Source: Chitinophagales bacterium (GTDB taxonomy: Bacteria > Bacteroidota > Bacteroidia > Chitinophagales > CAIOSU01). Taken from it: DNA of 64,000 bases. This document shows, piece by piece, positions 44,686-54,023 of the stretch. The stretch spans positions 66,442 through 130,441 of the forward strand of contig JAWXCB010000008.1 of the NCBI GenBank assembly GCA_034440455.1. The letters are read 5' to 3'. The number at the start of each line of letters is the position of its first letter. Position 1 is the stretch's first letter. The position numbers and the translations under genes were made by a program. The notes beneath the pieces were generated by a model, which was not told where the DNA came from, did not search any database, and worked only from the letters and a program-made list of their open reading frames with translations.

Positions 44686-46086
44686 ATGATAGACATGAAG
44701 AAGTTTCTGTTTCCAGTATTCCTCTTATTACTATCGTTATCCTCCTGCATCAAAGACGATTTTGATGCACCGCCTGCGGATGGAGAAGACCCGGATATTA
44801 CTGCCAACACAACGATTGCGCAACTCAAGCAATTGTTCACCAGTTCGCCTGTGCAAATCACGGATTCATTGGTGATTCAGGGTGTTGTCACCTCAAGCGA
44901 CAAGGCAGGAAATTTTTACAAGACACTTGTGATACAAGATGCTACTGCTGGTATTTCCATTCGTCTCGACCAAACGGATTTATATGCGGATTATCCTATT
45001 GGCAGAAGAATATTTGTAAAATGCAAGAACCTGTGGCTGGGCGATTATGGCGACCTCGTGCAAATAGGCGGAGCATTGGATGACAGCGACCCGCAAAACC
45101 CCGGAGTGCTTCCGATTCCTTCTGCATTAATTGGCAACTATCTGCTGAAAGGAAAATATAATATTCCGGTTGCTCCGATTGTCCTCACAATTGACCAGTT
45201 GGATAATCTTTATCAAAACATGCTCATCCAATTGAATGATGTGGAGTTTGCCTCAGCGGAATTGGGAAAAACTTATGCAGATGCAGTGGAGCAAAATTCA
45301 GAAAACAGAATGCTTACTGATTGCAATGGTAATTCTGTAATCCTGCGCAACAGCGGATTTGCACAATTTGCAGGCGATACGCTACCCGATGGAAACGGTA
45401 CGCTGACTGCAATTTTCAGCGTGTTTACAGATGATTTTCAATTGCTGATTAACGATGTCACTGATGTGCAGTTTGACAGTGCGCGCTGCACAAGTGGCGG
45501 TGGCGGAGATGGAATCATGGGCATCCGCAATTTGTATGCGGGCAGTGATGTTGTAATTGGTTCCGGAAAAATTATTACCGGCACTGTGATTTCCGATAAA
45601 ACGAACGCCAACTTCGACCCGAAAAATTTAGTGCTGCAAGATTCAACTGGCGGTATTGTTGTGCGTTTCACTGCTGCGCACAACTTCAACACGGGTGACG
45701 AAGTGGAGATGGATGTTTCGGGGCAAACATTGACTGAATACAATGGATTAATAGAAATTGACGGAGCGCCCAACTCAACCACAACAAAAACCGGAACGGG
45801 AAATGTCACTGCCCGCACTGCAACCATTTCCCAAATTAATTCCAACTCCAACATTTGGGAATCAACATTAGTGAAAGTGAATAATGTAACATTGACGGGA
45901 AGCAGCGGACAATATTCGGGTACGCTTACCATGACCGATGCCACCGGAACTCTCGACCTGTACACGCGAACCGGAGCTACTTTTGCTACTACGTCTTATC
46001 CCACAGGAAGCGTATCTGTCACAGGAGTGTTGGGCGATTTTAATGGGGAACAATTGAGCATCCGCAACACTGCTGATGTGCAATAA
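44686..46086 (+). CDS. lipoprotein partner of the TonB-dependent receptor (DUF5689-like, tandem OB-fold-like halves)
   Basis: 466 aa with a lipobox (LSLSSC) and two internally similar halves. The family assignment is from memory only. Confidence 0.45.
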   Translation: MIDMKKFLFPVFLLLLSLSSCIKDDFDAPPADGEDPDITANTTIAQLKQLFTSSPVQITDSLVIQGVVTSSDKAGNFYKTLVIQDATAGISIRLDQTDLYADYPIGRRIFVKCKNLWLGDYGDLVQIGGALDDSDPQNPGVLPIPSALIGNYLLKGKYNIPVAPIVLTIDQLDNLYQNMLIQLNDVEFASAELGKTYADAVEQNSENRMLTDCNGNSVILRNSGFAQFAGDTLPDGNGTLTAIFSVFTDDFQLLINDVTDVQFDSARCTSGGGGDGIMGIRNLYAGSDVVIGSGKIITGTVISDKTNANFDPKNLVLQDSTGGIVVRFTAAHNFNTGDEVEMDVSGQTLTEYNGLIEIDGAPNSTTTKTGTGNVTARTATISQINSNSNIWESTLVKVNNVTLTGSSGQYSGTLTMTDATGTLDLYTRTGATFATTSYPTGSVSVTGVLGDFNGEQLSIRNTADVQ

Positions 46087-46096
46087 ATTCAGGTGA

Positions 46097-46867
46097 CTAA
46101 AACCTCAGGTGCTTAACAGTAAGTCCGTTGTTGATGAGCTGCTTCAGCGAGTCAATGCCGATTTTCAAATGTGTTTGCGCGAAGTTGTTCGTGACGGATT
46201 TATCGCTTTCATCGGTTTTCACTCCTTGCGGAATCATCGGCTGATCGCTCACGAGCAATAATGCACCCGCAGGAATTTCATTTTTGAACGCAGTAATAAA
46301 GATCGTGGCGGTTTCCATGTCAATCGCCATCGTGCGGATTTTGCGCAAATATTCTTTGAACTCTTCGTCCCACTCCCACACTCTGCGGTTGGTGGTGTAA
46401 ACGGTGCCTGTCCAGTAGTCCTGATTGTTATCACGAATGGTGGTGGAAATTGCTTTTTGCAACGCAAACGCTGGAAGCGCAGGCACTTCCGCAGGAAAGT
46501 AATCATTGGATGTTCCTTCACCGCGAATGGCTGCAATCGGAAGAATAAAATCTCCGATTTCGCTTTTCTTTTTCAGCCCACCGCATTTGCCAAGAAACAA
46601 CACGGCTTGTGGTTCGATGGCGCTTAATAAATCCATTATCGTAGCAGCATTCGGACTGCCCATGCCGAAGTTGATAATCGTGATGCCATCAGCGCTCGCG
46701 CTGCGCATTGGGCGATTTTCTCCAACAACCTTCACCGAATGCAGGTCGGCAAACATCTGCACGTAATTATCAAAATTGGTGAGCAGAATGTATTGCGAGA
46801 AATCTTTCAACTCTCTGCCAGTATAGCGGGGCAGCCAGTTGGTAACGATGTCTTTTTTGATGTGCAT
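46097..46867 (-). CDS. AMP nucleosidase (short form; PNP/UDP phosphorylase fold)
   Basis: 256 aa. YILLTNFDNYVQMFA and GKCGGL ... DMETA motifs resemble the Amn catalytic domain. Confidence 0.6.
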   Translation of the reverse strand: MHIKKDIVTNWLPRYTGRELKDFSQYILLTNFDNYVQMFADLHSVKVVGENRPMRSASADGITIINFGMGSPNAATIMDLLSAIEPQAVLFLGKCGGLKKKSEIGDFILPIAAIRGEGTSNDYFPAEVPALPAFALQKAISTTIRDNNQDYWTGTVYTTNRRVWEWDEEFKEYLRKIRTMAIDMETATIFITAFKNEIPAGALLLVSDQPMIPQGVKTDESDKSVTNNFAQTHLKIGIDSLKQLINNGLTVKHLRF

Positions 46868-46871
46868 TCAG

Positions 46872-47735
46872 TTATTTCTTTTCGTAATCATAAAACCCCT
46901 TTCCCGTTTTTCTTCCCAATTGCCCCGCTTCAACTTTTTGCTGCTGAATTCTGCTCGGACGAAATTTTGAATCATGGTGAAACGATTCAAACAGCGAGGA
47001 AGTAACAGAGAAGTTAATATCGTTCCCCACGAAATCCATCAGCCGGAACGGACCCATTTTAAAACCGGATGCTTCCATCAGCGCATCAATATCTTCATAA
47101 GATGCGACTCCTTCTTCGAGCGCTTTCAGTGACTCCACATAGTAATGCCGCGCAACGCGGTTCACAATAAAACCCGGTGAATCTTTCGCCAGCACGGGCG
47201 ATTTGCCCATTTTTTCAGCAAGCGCAGAAATTGTTTTTGCAACGGAATCATGCGTAACCGCGCCTGAAATCACTTCCACCAACTTCATGATATGCGCAGG
47301 CATGAAAAAGTGCATACCGACAACTCTTTCGGGGTTTGGAATGGAAGCGGCAATTCTTGTAATCGGAATTGAAGAAGTGTTTGTTGCAAGAATACAATCC
47401 GCAGCGTTGTTTGCAGCGAGTCGTTTGAATAAATCTTGTTTCACTTCCAATTTTTCAACGACCGCTTCAATGATGACATCTGCTTTTACCTCATTGAAGT
47501 TGTTCGTGAATTTCAATCGTTTCAGAATTACCTCTTTTTGTTCTGTACTCAGTTTTTTCTTTTCAATTGCAGCATCCATGTTTTTTAGGATACTGTTCTT
47601 TGATTTTTCTAATTGCGGTTCGCTGATATCATAGAGCATTGTAGCATAGCCAGTTTGCGCTGCAACCTGCGCAATGCCCGAACCCATAGAGCCGGAGCCA
47701 ATGATGGCAATGGTTTTTATGTCGCTGAGAGTCAA
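46872..47735 (-). CDS. 3-hydroxyacyl-CoA / 3-hydroxybutyryl-CoA dehydrogenase
   Basis: 287 aa with Rossmann motif IAIIGSGSMGSGIA and the C-terminal HCDH domain (GFIVNR). TTG start, since an in-frame TAG lies 27 nt upstream. Confidence 0.85.
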   Translation of the reverse strand: MTLSDIKTIAIIGSGSMGSGIAQVAAQTGYATMLYDISEPQLEKSKNSILKNMDAAIEKKKLSTEQKEVILKRLKFTNNFNEVKADVIIEAVVEKLEVKQDLFKRLAANNAADCILATNTSSIPITRIAASIPNPERVVGMHFFMPAHIMKLVEVISGAVTHDSVAKTISALAEKMGKSPVLAKDSPGFIVNRVARHYYVESLKALEEGVASYEDIDALMEASGFKMGPFRLMDFVGNDINFSVTSSLFESFHHDSKFRPSRIQQQKVEAGQLGRKTGKGFYDYEKK

Positions 47736-47758
47736 GTTGTAAGTTTTAAGCTGTAAGT
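47731..47758 (-). repeat. heptamer micro-array (sense strand: ACTTACA GCTTAAA ACTTACA ACTTGAC)
   Basis: Four 7-nt units abutting and including the TTG start of the dehydrogenase gene. Shares the word ACTTACA with 56068-56116. Confidence 0.6.
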
Positions 47759-47844
47759 TCTATGAATCATCCCCCTGAAATCGCTTCAATTCTGTTATGC
47801 CCTTCGCACTCACACAATCCCTCGATCATGAGAGACTTTTCATC

Positions 47845-47876
47845 ATCGAATCATCGAATCACCGAATTATCGAATC
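47845..47876. repeat. octamer micro-array (ATCGAATC ATCGAATC ACCGAATT ATCGAATC)
   Basis: Four consecutive 8-nt units immediately 3' of the pheS stop codon. Same word family as 17256-17287. Confidence 0.75.
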
Positions 47877-47879
47877 AAA

Positions 47880-48923
47880 TTACCACCCGCTTTCAAATTG
47901 CTGCAAAAACCGCACATCATTTTCTGACAGCAGCCGAATATCTTTGATTTGATATTTCAGCATGGCGATGCGTTCGATTCCCATACCGAAAGCAAAACCC
48001 GTATAGACGCTGCTGTCAATCTTACAATTCTCCAACACTTGCGGGTCAACCATGCCGCAGCCGAGAATCTCAACCCAGCCGCTTCCTTTACACACGGGAC
48101 AACCCGTTCCACTACAAATGAAACAGGTAACATCAAGTTCAGCAGATGGCTCCGTGAATGGAAAGTAAGATGGACGCAGTCTGATTTTTGTTTCTTTCCC
48201 AAAAAATTCCTGTGCGAAATAGAGCAATGTTTGCTTCAAGTCCGCAAAGGAAACATTCTTGTCAACGTACAATCCTTCAACTTGATGAAAGAAACAATGA
48301 GAGCGGGCAGAGATAGTTTCGTTGCGATACACGCGCCCGGGACAAATCACGCGGATAGGCGGCTTTTGATTTTCCATCACGCGCACCTGCACGTTGGAAG
48401 TATGTGTGCGCAGCAGCCACTGCTGGTCTTCAGTGACAAAATAAGTATCCTGCATATCACGCGCGGGATGGTCGGGCGGAAAATTCAATGCGGTGAAGTT
48501 GTACCAGTCCTTTTCAATTTCAGGACCTTCGGCAATCGTGTAGCCGATGCTGCTGAAAATATCAATGATTTTTTTGCGCACAATGGTAACAGGATGACGC
48601 GAGCCTAATTCAACCGGCTCGCCCGGCATCGTGAGATCAATATTCGTAGTTGTTTTTGAAGATGCAGATTCAAACTGTTCCTTCAGCGATTCGTATTTTG
48701 ATTCAGCTTCCTGCTTGAGCGTATTTAAGGTTTGTCCGAAATTTTTCTTTTCCTCAGCGGGCACTTCTTTCATCAGAGCGAAAACATCTTTCAACTTTCC
48801 TTTGCTGCCGAGGTAGGTTATCCTGAATTGTTCGAGTTCCTGCACATTTTTTATTTCCGAAGATTTGATTTCATCAAGCAGTTTTTGCGTTTCCGCGTAA
48901 TACTGCTGCACTCCTGTTTCCAT
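47880..48923 (-). CDS. pheS: phenylalanine--tRNA ligase alpha subunit
   Basis: 347 aa with class II aaRS motifs (HPARDMQDTYF, FRNE-like VYRNETISARSH, GFAFGMGIERIAML). Confidence 0.95.
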   Translation of the reverse strand: METGVQQYYAETQKLLDEIKSSEIKNVQELEQFRITYLGSKGKLKDVFALMKEVPAEEKKNFGQTLNTLKQEAESKYESLKEQFESASSKTTTNIDLTMPGEPVELGSRHPVTIVRKKIIDIFSSIGYTIAEGPEIEKDWYNFTALNFPPDHPARDMQDTYFVTEDQQWLLRTHTSNVQVRVMENQKPPIRVICPGRVYRNETISARSHCFFHQVEGLYVDKNVSFADLKQTLLYFAQEFFGKETKIRLRPSYFPFTEPSAELDVTCFICSGTGCPVCKGSGWVEILGCGMVDPQVLENCKIDSSVYTGFAFGMGIERIAMLKYQIKDIRLLSENDVRFLQQFESGW

Positions 48924-48974
48924 GCTGGCGTAAAATTTTTTTTAAAGATAGGGAGGAAGTTCGTTATTTAGGGC

Positions 48975-49000
48975 TTGTCATACCGCACTTGTTGCGGCAT
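48975..49000 (+). repeat. TTGTCAT-headed hairpin repeat (TTGTCATACCGC-acttgtt-GCGGCAT)
   Basis: Shares the TTGTCAT head with the class-2 elements but has a different stem-loop. Lies in the pheS / pterin dehydratase divergent gap. Confidence 0.6.
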
Positions 49001-49060
49001 CCCCTGATTAAATTATTTGCGGATGGTGGAACGAGTCCGCCATGACATTAAACAAATATT

Positions 49061-49294
49061 ATGTGGACTGAACAAAACAACCAACTCTACCGCAAGTTTG
49101 AATTCAAAGACTTCAGCAAAGCATTCGCGTTCATGACGCGCGTAGCCTTGCTTGCGGAAAAACACAATCATCATCCCTACTGGACGAATGCGTGGAACAC
49201 CGTAGAGATTTATCTTAGCACCCACGATGCCGGAAATAGCATAACGGAACGCGACAGAAAACTGGCGGCAGCGATTGACAAACTTTTAGAATAG
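49061..49294 (+). CDS. 4a-hydroxytetrahydrobiopterin (pterin-4a-carbinolamine) dehydratase
   Basis: 77 aa. [20 protein letters not shown] ... V.I.L.THD is the PCD signature. Confidence 0.85.
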   Translation: MWTEQNNQLYRKFEFKDFSKAFAFMTRVALLAEKHNHHPYWTNAWNTVEIYLSTHDAGNSITERDRKLAAAIDKLLE

Positions 49295-49296
49295 GC

Positions 49297-51405
49297 ATGT
49301 ACTCAAAGCAGCAACAACAGGATTTAATTCATCTTTCTCAGAAACTTTTGAAAGTTGACGCTCCTCCATCTCATAAAAATGAAGCTGGAGATTTAGTCCA
49401 TGAATTGCGAAATGTAATCAGTTTCCACGACTGGAAGTATTACGTGCAGAATGACCCCGCAGTCAGCGATTTTGAATATGACAAGCTATTCAAGCTGCTG
49501 AAAAAAACCGAAGAGCAATTTCCTGAACTTCTCATGTTTGATTCACCTACGCAACGTGTTGCGTATGGACTTACCAAAGAATTTCCCTCTGTGGCACATC
49601 TCGTGCCGATGCTCTCGCTTGACAATTCTTATGATGAAGCCGACTTGATTGAATTTGACCGCAGGGTAAAAGATTTAGCAGAGGTAGAAACCGTGGAGTA
49701 TTGCGTGGAGCCAAAGTTTGACGGAGCAAGCATTGCGCTGATTTATGAAAACGACAAACTCATTCGTGGAGCAACACGGGGAGATGGAGCGATGGGCGAA
49801 GAAATCACCAACAACGTGAAAGTGCTACGCTCCCTGCCGCTCTCCGCGCCCTTTTCAAAATACGGAATCAAAAAAGCGGAACTGCGCGGGGAGGTGATTA
49901 TTCAAAAAGAAAAATTCAAAAGAATCAACGAGAAAAGAATCGAAGAAGGTTTGTCGGTGTTTGCCAATCCGCGCAATAGCGCATCGGGTGCGTTGCGCAT
50001 GCAGGATTCAAAAGAAGTGGCGGGCAGAGGTTTAGAAGGATTCATGTATCACCTTGCATATGCGGTGGATGCAAATGGGAAAAATGTATTGCGGGATTCG
50101 GTTACTTCACACGAGCAATCATTGGAAATCTTGTACACGTTGGGATTCAAATCGCCTTACGAAATAAAAAAGGTGTGCAAGACAATTAATGAGGTTGCTC
50201 AATTCTGCGAACATTGGCAGGAAAAACGCGACTCGTTTCCCTATGAGATTGACGGCATGGTGGTGAAGGTGAATAAATATCGCTTGCAAGAATTGACCGG
50301 AGCTACTTCGCATCACCCGCGCTGGGCGATGGCGTATAAATTCAAAGCGCGGCAGGCAACTACACAACTGAATGCTGTGATTTTCAGCGTGGGCAGAACG
50401 GGCGCGATTACTCCAATTGCGCAGGTGGAGCCGGTATATCTCGCGGGCGTTACCATTTCAAACATCTCGCTTTTTAATGAAGAAATTTTGCGGGAAAAAG
50501 ATGTGCGCATTGGTGATACGGTGTTGATTGAACGCGCAGGCGATGTGATTCCCTATATCGTAAAATCCATTCCCGAAGCGCGAAACGGAAATGAAAAGAT
50601 TGTTCACTTTCCGAAAGAATGTCCTTCGTGTAATTCTACGTTAGTGAAAACAGAAGGTGAAGCGATAATTCGCTGCGTGAATGTGAACTGCCCGGTGCAG
50701 GTAGCAGGACGCATCATTCATTTCGTGTCGGGTGATGCGATGGATATTCGCGGGCTGGGCGAATCTATCGTAAGTAAATTCTTTGAGGAGGGCTTGCTGA
50801 AAACAATTCCCGACATCTATCGCTTGGATTTTGAAAAAATAAAAACGCTTGAAGGTTTTGGTGAAAAGTCTGCTGTCAAGTTGCAAAGCGCAATTGAGGC
50901 ATCTAAAACCCAACCCATTCATCGTGTGATTTTCGGTTTGGGTATTCGGTACGTGGGAGAGACTACCGCAAAAACGCTCGCGAAAAATATCAACCACATT
51001 CTTGACCTGAAAGAAAAAACGCTTGAGCAATTACAGGAAATGGAAGACATCGGTCCGAAAGTGGCAGGGGGCATTCTTGAATTCTTTCAAAACCAAGACA
51101 ACATTCATCTCTTGCAAGAGTTGGAAAAGTTTGGTGTGAATATGACTGCGGATAAAACTTCATCCGTGAAATCAGATAAACTGCAAGGGCAGACGTTTCT
51201 TTTTACTGGAACGCTGGAAAAATTTTCACGCAATGAAGCCGAAGAAATGGTGGAAGCCAATGGCGGGAAGAATGTCGGCTCTGTAAGCTCAAAATTGAAT
51301 TACCTCGTGGCAGGCGCATCCGCAGGCAGCAAATTGGAGAAGGCGAAGAAAATCGCTTCAATAAAAATTCTGACAGAAGAGGAATTTTTGGAGCTGGTGA
51401 AATGA
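49297..51405 (+). CDS. ligA: NAD-dependent DNA ligase
   Basis: 702 aa with the adenylation motif CVEPKFDGAS, an OB fold, a Zn finger (CPSCNSTL ... C..V.C), HhH repeats and a C-terminal BRCT (GQTFLFTGTL). Confidence 0.95.
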   Translation: MYSKQQQQDLIHLSQKLLKVDAPPSHKNEAGDLVHELRNVISFHDWKYYVQNDPAVSDFEYDKLFKLLKKTEEQFPELLMFDSPTQRVAYGLTKEFPSVAHLVPMLSLDNSYDEADLIEFDRRVKDLAEVETVEYCVEPKFDGASIALIYENDKLIRGATRGDGAMGEEITNNVKVLRSLPLSAPFSKYGIKKAELRGEVIIQKEKFKRINEKRIEEGLSVFANPRNSASGALRMQDSKEVAGRGLEGFMYHLAYAVDANGKNVLRDSVTSHEQSLEILYTLGFKSPYEIKKVCKTINEVAQFCEHWQEKRDSFPYEIDGMVVKVNKYRLQELTGATSHHPRWAMAYKFKARQATTQLNAVIFSVGRTGAITPIAQVEPVYLAGVTISNISLFNEEILREKDVRIGDTVLIERAGDVIPYIVKSIPEARNGNEKIVHFPKECPSCNSTLVKTEGEAIIRCVNVNCPVQVAGRIIHFVSGDAMDIRGLGESIVSKFFEEGLLKTIPDIYRLDFEKIKTLEGFGEKSAVKLQSAIEASKTQPIHRVIFGLGIRYVGETTAKTLAKNINHILDLKEKTLEQLQEMEDIGPKVAGGILEFFQNQDNIHLLQELEKFGVNMTADKTSSVKSDKLQGQTFLFTGTLEKFSRNEAEEMVEANGGKNVGSVSSKLNYLVAGASAGSKLEKAKKIASIKILTEEEFLELVK

Positions 51406-51556
51406 AGCATCCGAAAAAAGCAGATATACGGAAAGTAGTCGAATTTCCGAAGGAAAGAGACGTACTACTTACCGTTAATACCGAACATTCTACGGTTTAT
51501 TTTTTCGAAAACCTGAGTTGTTTCGGTATAACTTTAATTGACCTCAAAGTACAAAG

Positions 51557-51790
51557 ATGAATACAGACCTCAAAAAAAAAGTACAGGAAGAGATTGCTGA
51601 TGCGGATGAACACATCCTGAAAGCCGTTCTTGCGCTGCTGAAAGAATACAACAAATCTCATTCGGGCTATCAACTCTCTGAAGAGCAGTTACAAATTGTA
51701 AGGGAGCGCAAAACCCGCTATGAAAACGGGCAAAGCAAAGGATACACGTGGGATGAAGTTAAATCGAGGCTTAAGCCAAAAAGAAAGTGA
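51557..51790 (+). CDS. putative addiction-module antitoxin
   Basis: 77-aa ORF whose stop overlaps the start of a ParE/RelE-like toxin ORF. Confidence 0.5.
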   Translation: MNTDLKKKVQEEIADADEHILKAVLALLKEYNKSHSGYQLSEEQLQIVRERKTRYENGQSKGYTWDEVKSRLKPKRK

Positions 51791-52089
51791 AAACGTATTC
51801 TCTCATCCTGACGCAGGAAGCTGCTGACGAGGTAGAGGCCTCTTATTATTTCTACGAGGATAAACAGCCGGGACTTGGTGAAAGATTTAAGATGCAGTTG
51901 GACGAAACGCTATCGCTGATTCAGCGTAATCCTGAAATGTTCAATGTGGTTAAAGATGATTTTAGAGAAGCGGAAATACGCGTGTTTCCTTTTGTGGTTG
52001 TTTTTGAAATTGTCGGGAAGGAAATCAGGGTATATTCAGTTTTTCATACCAGCAGAAATCCCCGGAGAAGAAGTAGAAGGACATTGTAA
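51787..52089 (+). CDS. ParE/RelE-family type II toxin
   Basis: 100 aa, GTG start overlapping the upstream stop. FPFVVVFEIVGKEIRVYSVFHTSRNP is a typical ParE-like C-terminus. Confidence 0.7.
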   Translation: MKTYSLILTQEAADEVEASYYFYEDKQPGLGERFKMQLDETLSLIQRNPEMFNVVKDDFREAEIRVFPFVVVFEIVGKEIRVYSVFHTSRNPRRRSRRTL

Positions 52090-52137
52090 TAAAAGGATGT
52101 TGGAGATTTCATAAATTCGCACCAACCCCATTGAAAT

Positions 52138-52422
52138 ATGGCTGATACATTTTCAAAAGCGCTCCCGAATACCTTCACCGACACGGTAGAAGAACTGATA
52201 GATGTTCAGCGTCTCGTGGTGTATAATGATGACGTGAATACGTTTGATTGGGTGATTCTTTCACTCTCGGAAATTTGCGGGCATACCGAAGAACAAGCCG
52301 AGCAGCTTTCCCTGATTATTCATTTCAAAGGGAAGGCGATTGTGAAGGAAGATTTTTATGAAAAACTTTCTCCGCTCAAAACGGGATTGACCGACCGTGG
52401 AATCAGCGCTACTATCGAATAA
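52138..52422 (+). CDS. clpS: ATP-dependent Clp protease adaptor ClpS
   Basis: 94 aa. VVYNDDVNTFDWVI ... HTEEQAEQLSLIIHFKGKA matches the ClpS core. Confidence 0.85.
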   Translation: MADTFSKALPNTFTDTVEELIDVQRLVVYNDDVNTFDWVILSLSEICGHTEEQAEQLSLIIHFKGKAIVKEDFYEKLSPLKTGLTDRGISATIE

Positions 52423-52430
52423 GCATCACC

Positions 52431-53189
52431 TTGTCGTTTAGGATTATTTCCCCCTACTTCACGCTTCAGTTTCTTCTCTTTTTTTCATTGCTCGTTCCGC
52501 AAAGCGGATGGGCGCAAACTAAATACGAGCTAAAGTATAAAACCGATATTCCCATTGGCGCGGTTGGGTTGGGTACCCTCACGGCTTCTTATTTCATGGG
52601 CAGAAAAAGCGAAGCGCCTACTCCGCAGCAAATCCAATTACTCAACAGAGATGACATTTGGAAATTTGACCGTAGCGCAACGTATCGCTGGTCGCCCAAG
52701 TGCGCCACCGCGAGCGATGTATTTATGTATTCTTCTTTTGTGATGCCGGGATTGTTATTCATAAATAAAAACGTGCGGCAGGAGCGGTATGTCACTTTGC
52801 TTTATGCAGAAACAATGGCGCTTTCAGCGGGCATCACAAGTCTTGTAAAAGAGTTAACGCACCGTTACCGTCCTTACGCATACAATGAAAATGTGAGCAT
52901 GGAAAAGAAGTTGAAAAAAGATACGCGGATGTCGTTTTTCTCAGGGCACACTTCGCTGGTGGCAAGCTCTTCTTTTTTCATGGCGAAAGTCTATTCAGAC
53001 CTCAACCCTAATTCAAAATTGAAGCCACTTGTTTGGACATCGTGCGCCTTGCTGCCTGCCATTGTGGGCATTCTTCGCTATTGTGCAGGAAAACATTATC
53101 CCACCGACATCATCGTGGGGTATGCTACTGGTGCGGCTATTGGATTTTTTGTGCCGTATATTCACAAGAAGAAAGAATTCAGACCTTAA
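52431..53189 (+). CDS. PAP2-superfamily phosphatase (membrane)
   Basis: 252 aa with the three PAP2 motifs: KELTHRYRP, SFFSGHTS and RYCAGKHYPTD. Confidence 0.8.
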   Translation: MSFRIISPYFTLQFLLFFSLLVPQSGWAQTKYELKYKTDIPIGAVGLGTLTASYFMGRKSEAPTPQQIQLLNRDDIWKFDRSATYRWSPKCATASDVFMYSSFVMPGLLFINKNVRQERYVTLLYAETMALSAGITSLVKELTHRYRPYAYNENVSMEKKLKKDTRMSFFSGHTSLVASSSFFMAKVYSDLNPNSKLKPLVWTSCALLPAIVGILRYCAGKHYPTDIIVGYATGAAIGFFVPYIHKKKEFRP

Positions 53190-53311
53190 AGCCATCAGGA
53201 AGGGATAAGCTCATAGTGCCTTCCTAACGAGCCGTAGCCGCTGTCAATTTGTCGTCTATCTTTGCGTGGCATTTTTATTGACTACACAGGTAAACCTAAT
53301 TTTCATTGAAC

Positions 53312-53890
53312 ATGGCGGAGGATGCTAAAAATATGTCAGGCGGCTCAGATGTTGTGAGCGAGGAGCCAAAAGAGTCCACAGAATCAACTCCGGGCAAAGA
53401 ATTTCGCCTGAAAAGACGCGCTGCCTTTATCCGGCTGAAAGAAGAAATCGTGCAACAGAAAGAAAAGAACACCGACCTGAAAGACAAGTACTTGCGCCTG
53501 CTTGCCGACTTTGACAATTTCAAAAAACGCTCGGCTAAAGAGTGGATTGAGAAGAATAAAGAAGCCGGAAAAGAGGTAATCGTGCCGATGCTCACCGTGC
53601 TGGATGATTTCGAGCGGGCGTTGCGCACCATGAAAACATCCGACAACATCGAATCTATCCGCGAAGGCTCCGAACTTATTTTCAATAAGCTGAAAAAAAA
53701 TCTGGAACAAAAAGGGTTGGAGCCGATGGAATCAATCGGGCAGCCGTTTGACCCCGAACGGCATGATGCCATCACCGAAATACCCGCACAGATGGAAAAT
53801 GACAAAGGCAAAGTGATGGACGAAATCGAGCGCGGCTACCTGATCAACGGAAAAATTATCAGACACGCAAAAGTGGTAGTGGGAAAATAA
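53312..53890 (+). CDS. grpE: nucleotide exchange factor GrpE
   Basis: RLLADFDNFKKR ... FDPERHDAI ... GYLINGKIIRHAKVVV. Start taken at the ATG at 53312. A TATCTTTG -7-like box lies at 53257-53264. Confidence 0.9.
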   Translation: MAEDAKNMSGGSDVVSEEPKESTESTPGKEFRLKRRAAFIRLKEEIVQQKEKNTDLKDKYLRLLADFDNFKKRSAKEWIEKNKEAGKEVIVPMLTVLDDFERALRTMKTSDNIESIREGSELIFNKLKKNLEQKGLEPMESIGQPFDPERHDAITEIPAQMENDKGKVMDEIERGYLINGKIIRHAKVVVGK

Positions 53891-53899
53891 GTTTAACCC

Positions 53900-54009
53900 G
53901 TCATTGCGAGCCAGGAACGAGCGAAGCAATCCCACGATGATAGAATGATTTTGGGATTGCTTCGGAAAATAGCAAGGGCTGAAGCAAATGGGCTTTCCCT
54001 CGCAATGAC
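53900..54009. repeat. 110-bp compound palindrome built from GTCATTGCGAG-type hairpin repeats
   Basis: Outer arms GTCATTGCGAG (53900-53910) / CTCGCAATGAC (53999-54009). Inner arms CGAAGCAATCCC (53922-53933) / GGGATTGCTTCG (53953-53964). Confidence 0.8.
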
Positions 54010-54023
54010 GCTGAAGATAAATC

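Noticed and set aside
48924-49060. Regulatory leader (T-box or Phe leader peptide) upstream of pheS
   Set aside because: There is no specifier or T-box structure and no Phe-rich mini-ORF. The gap is a divergent promoter region occupied by a TTGTCAT-type hairpin repeat.
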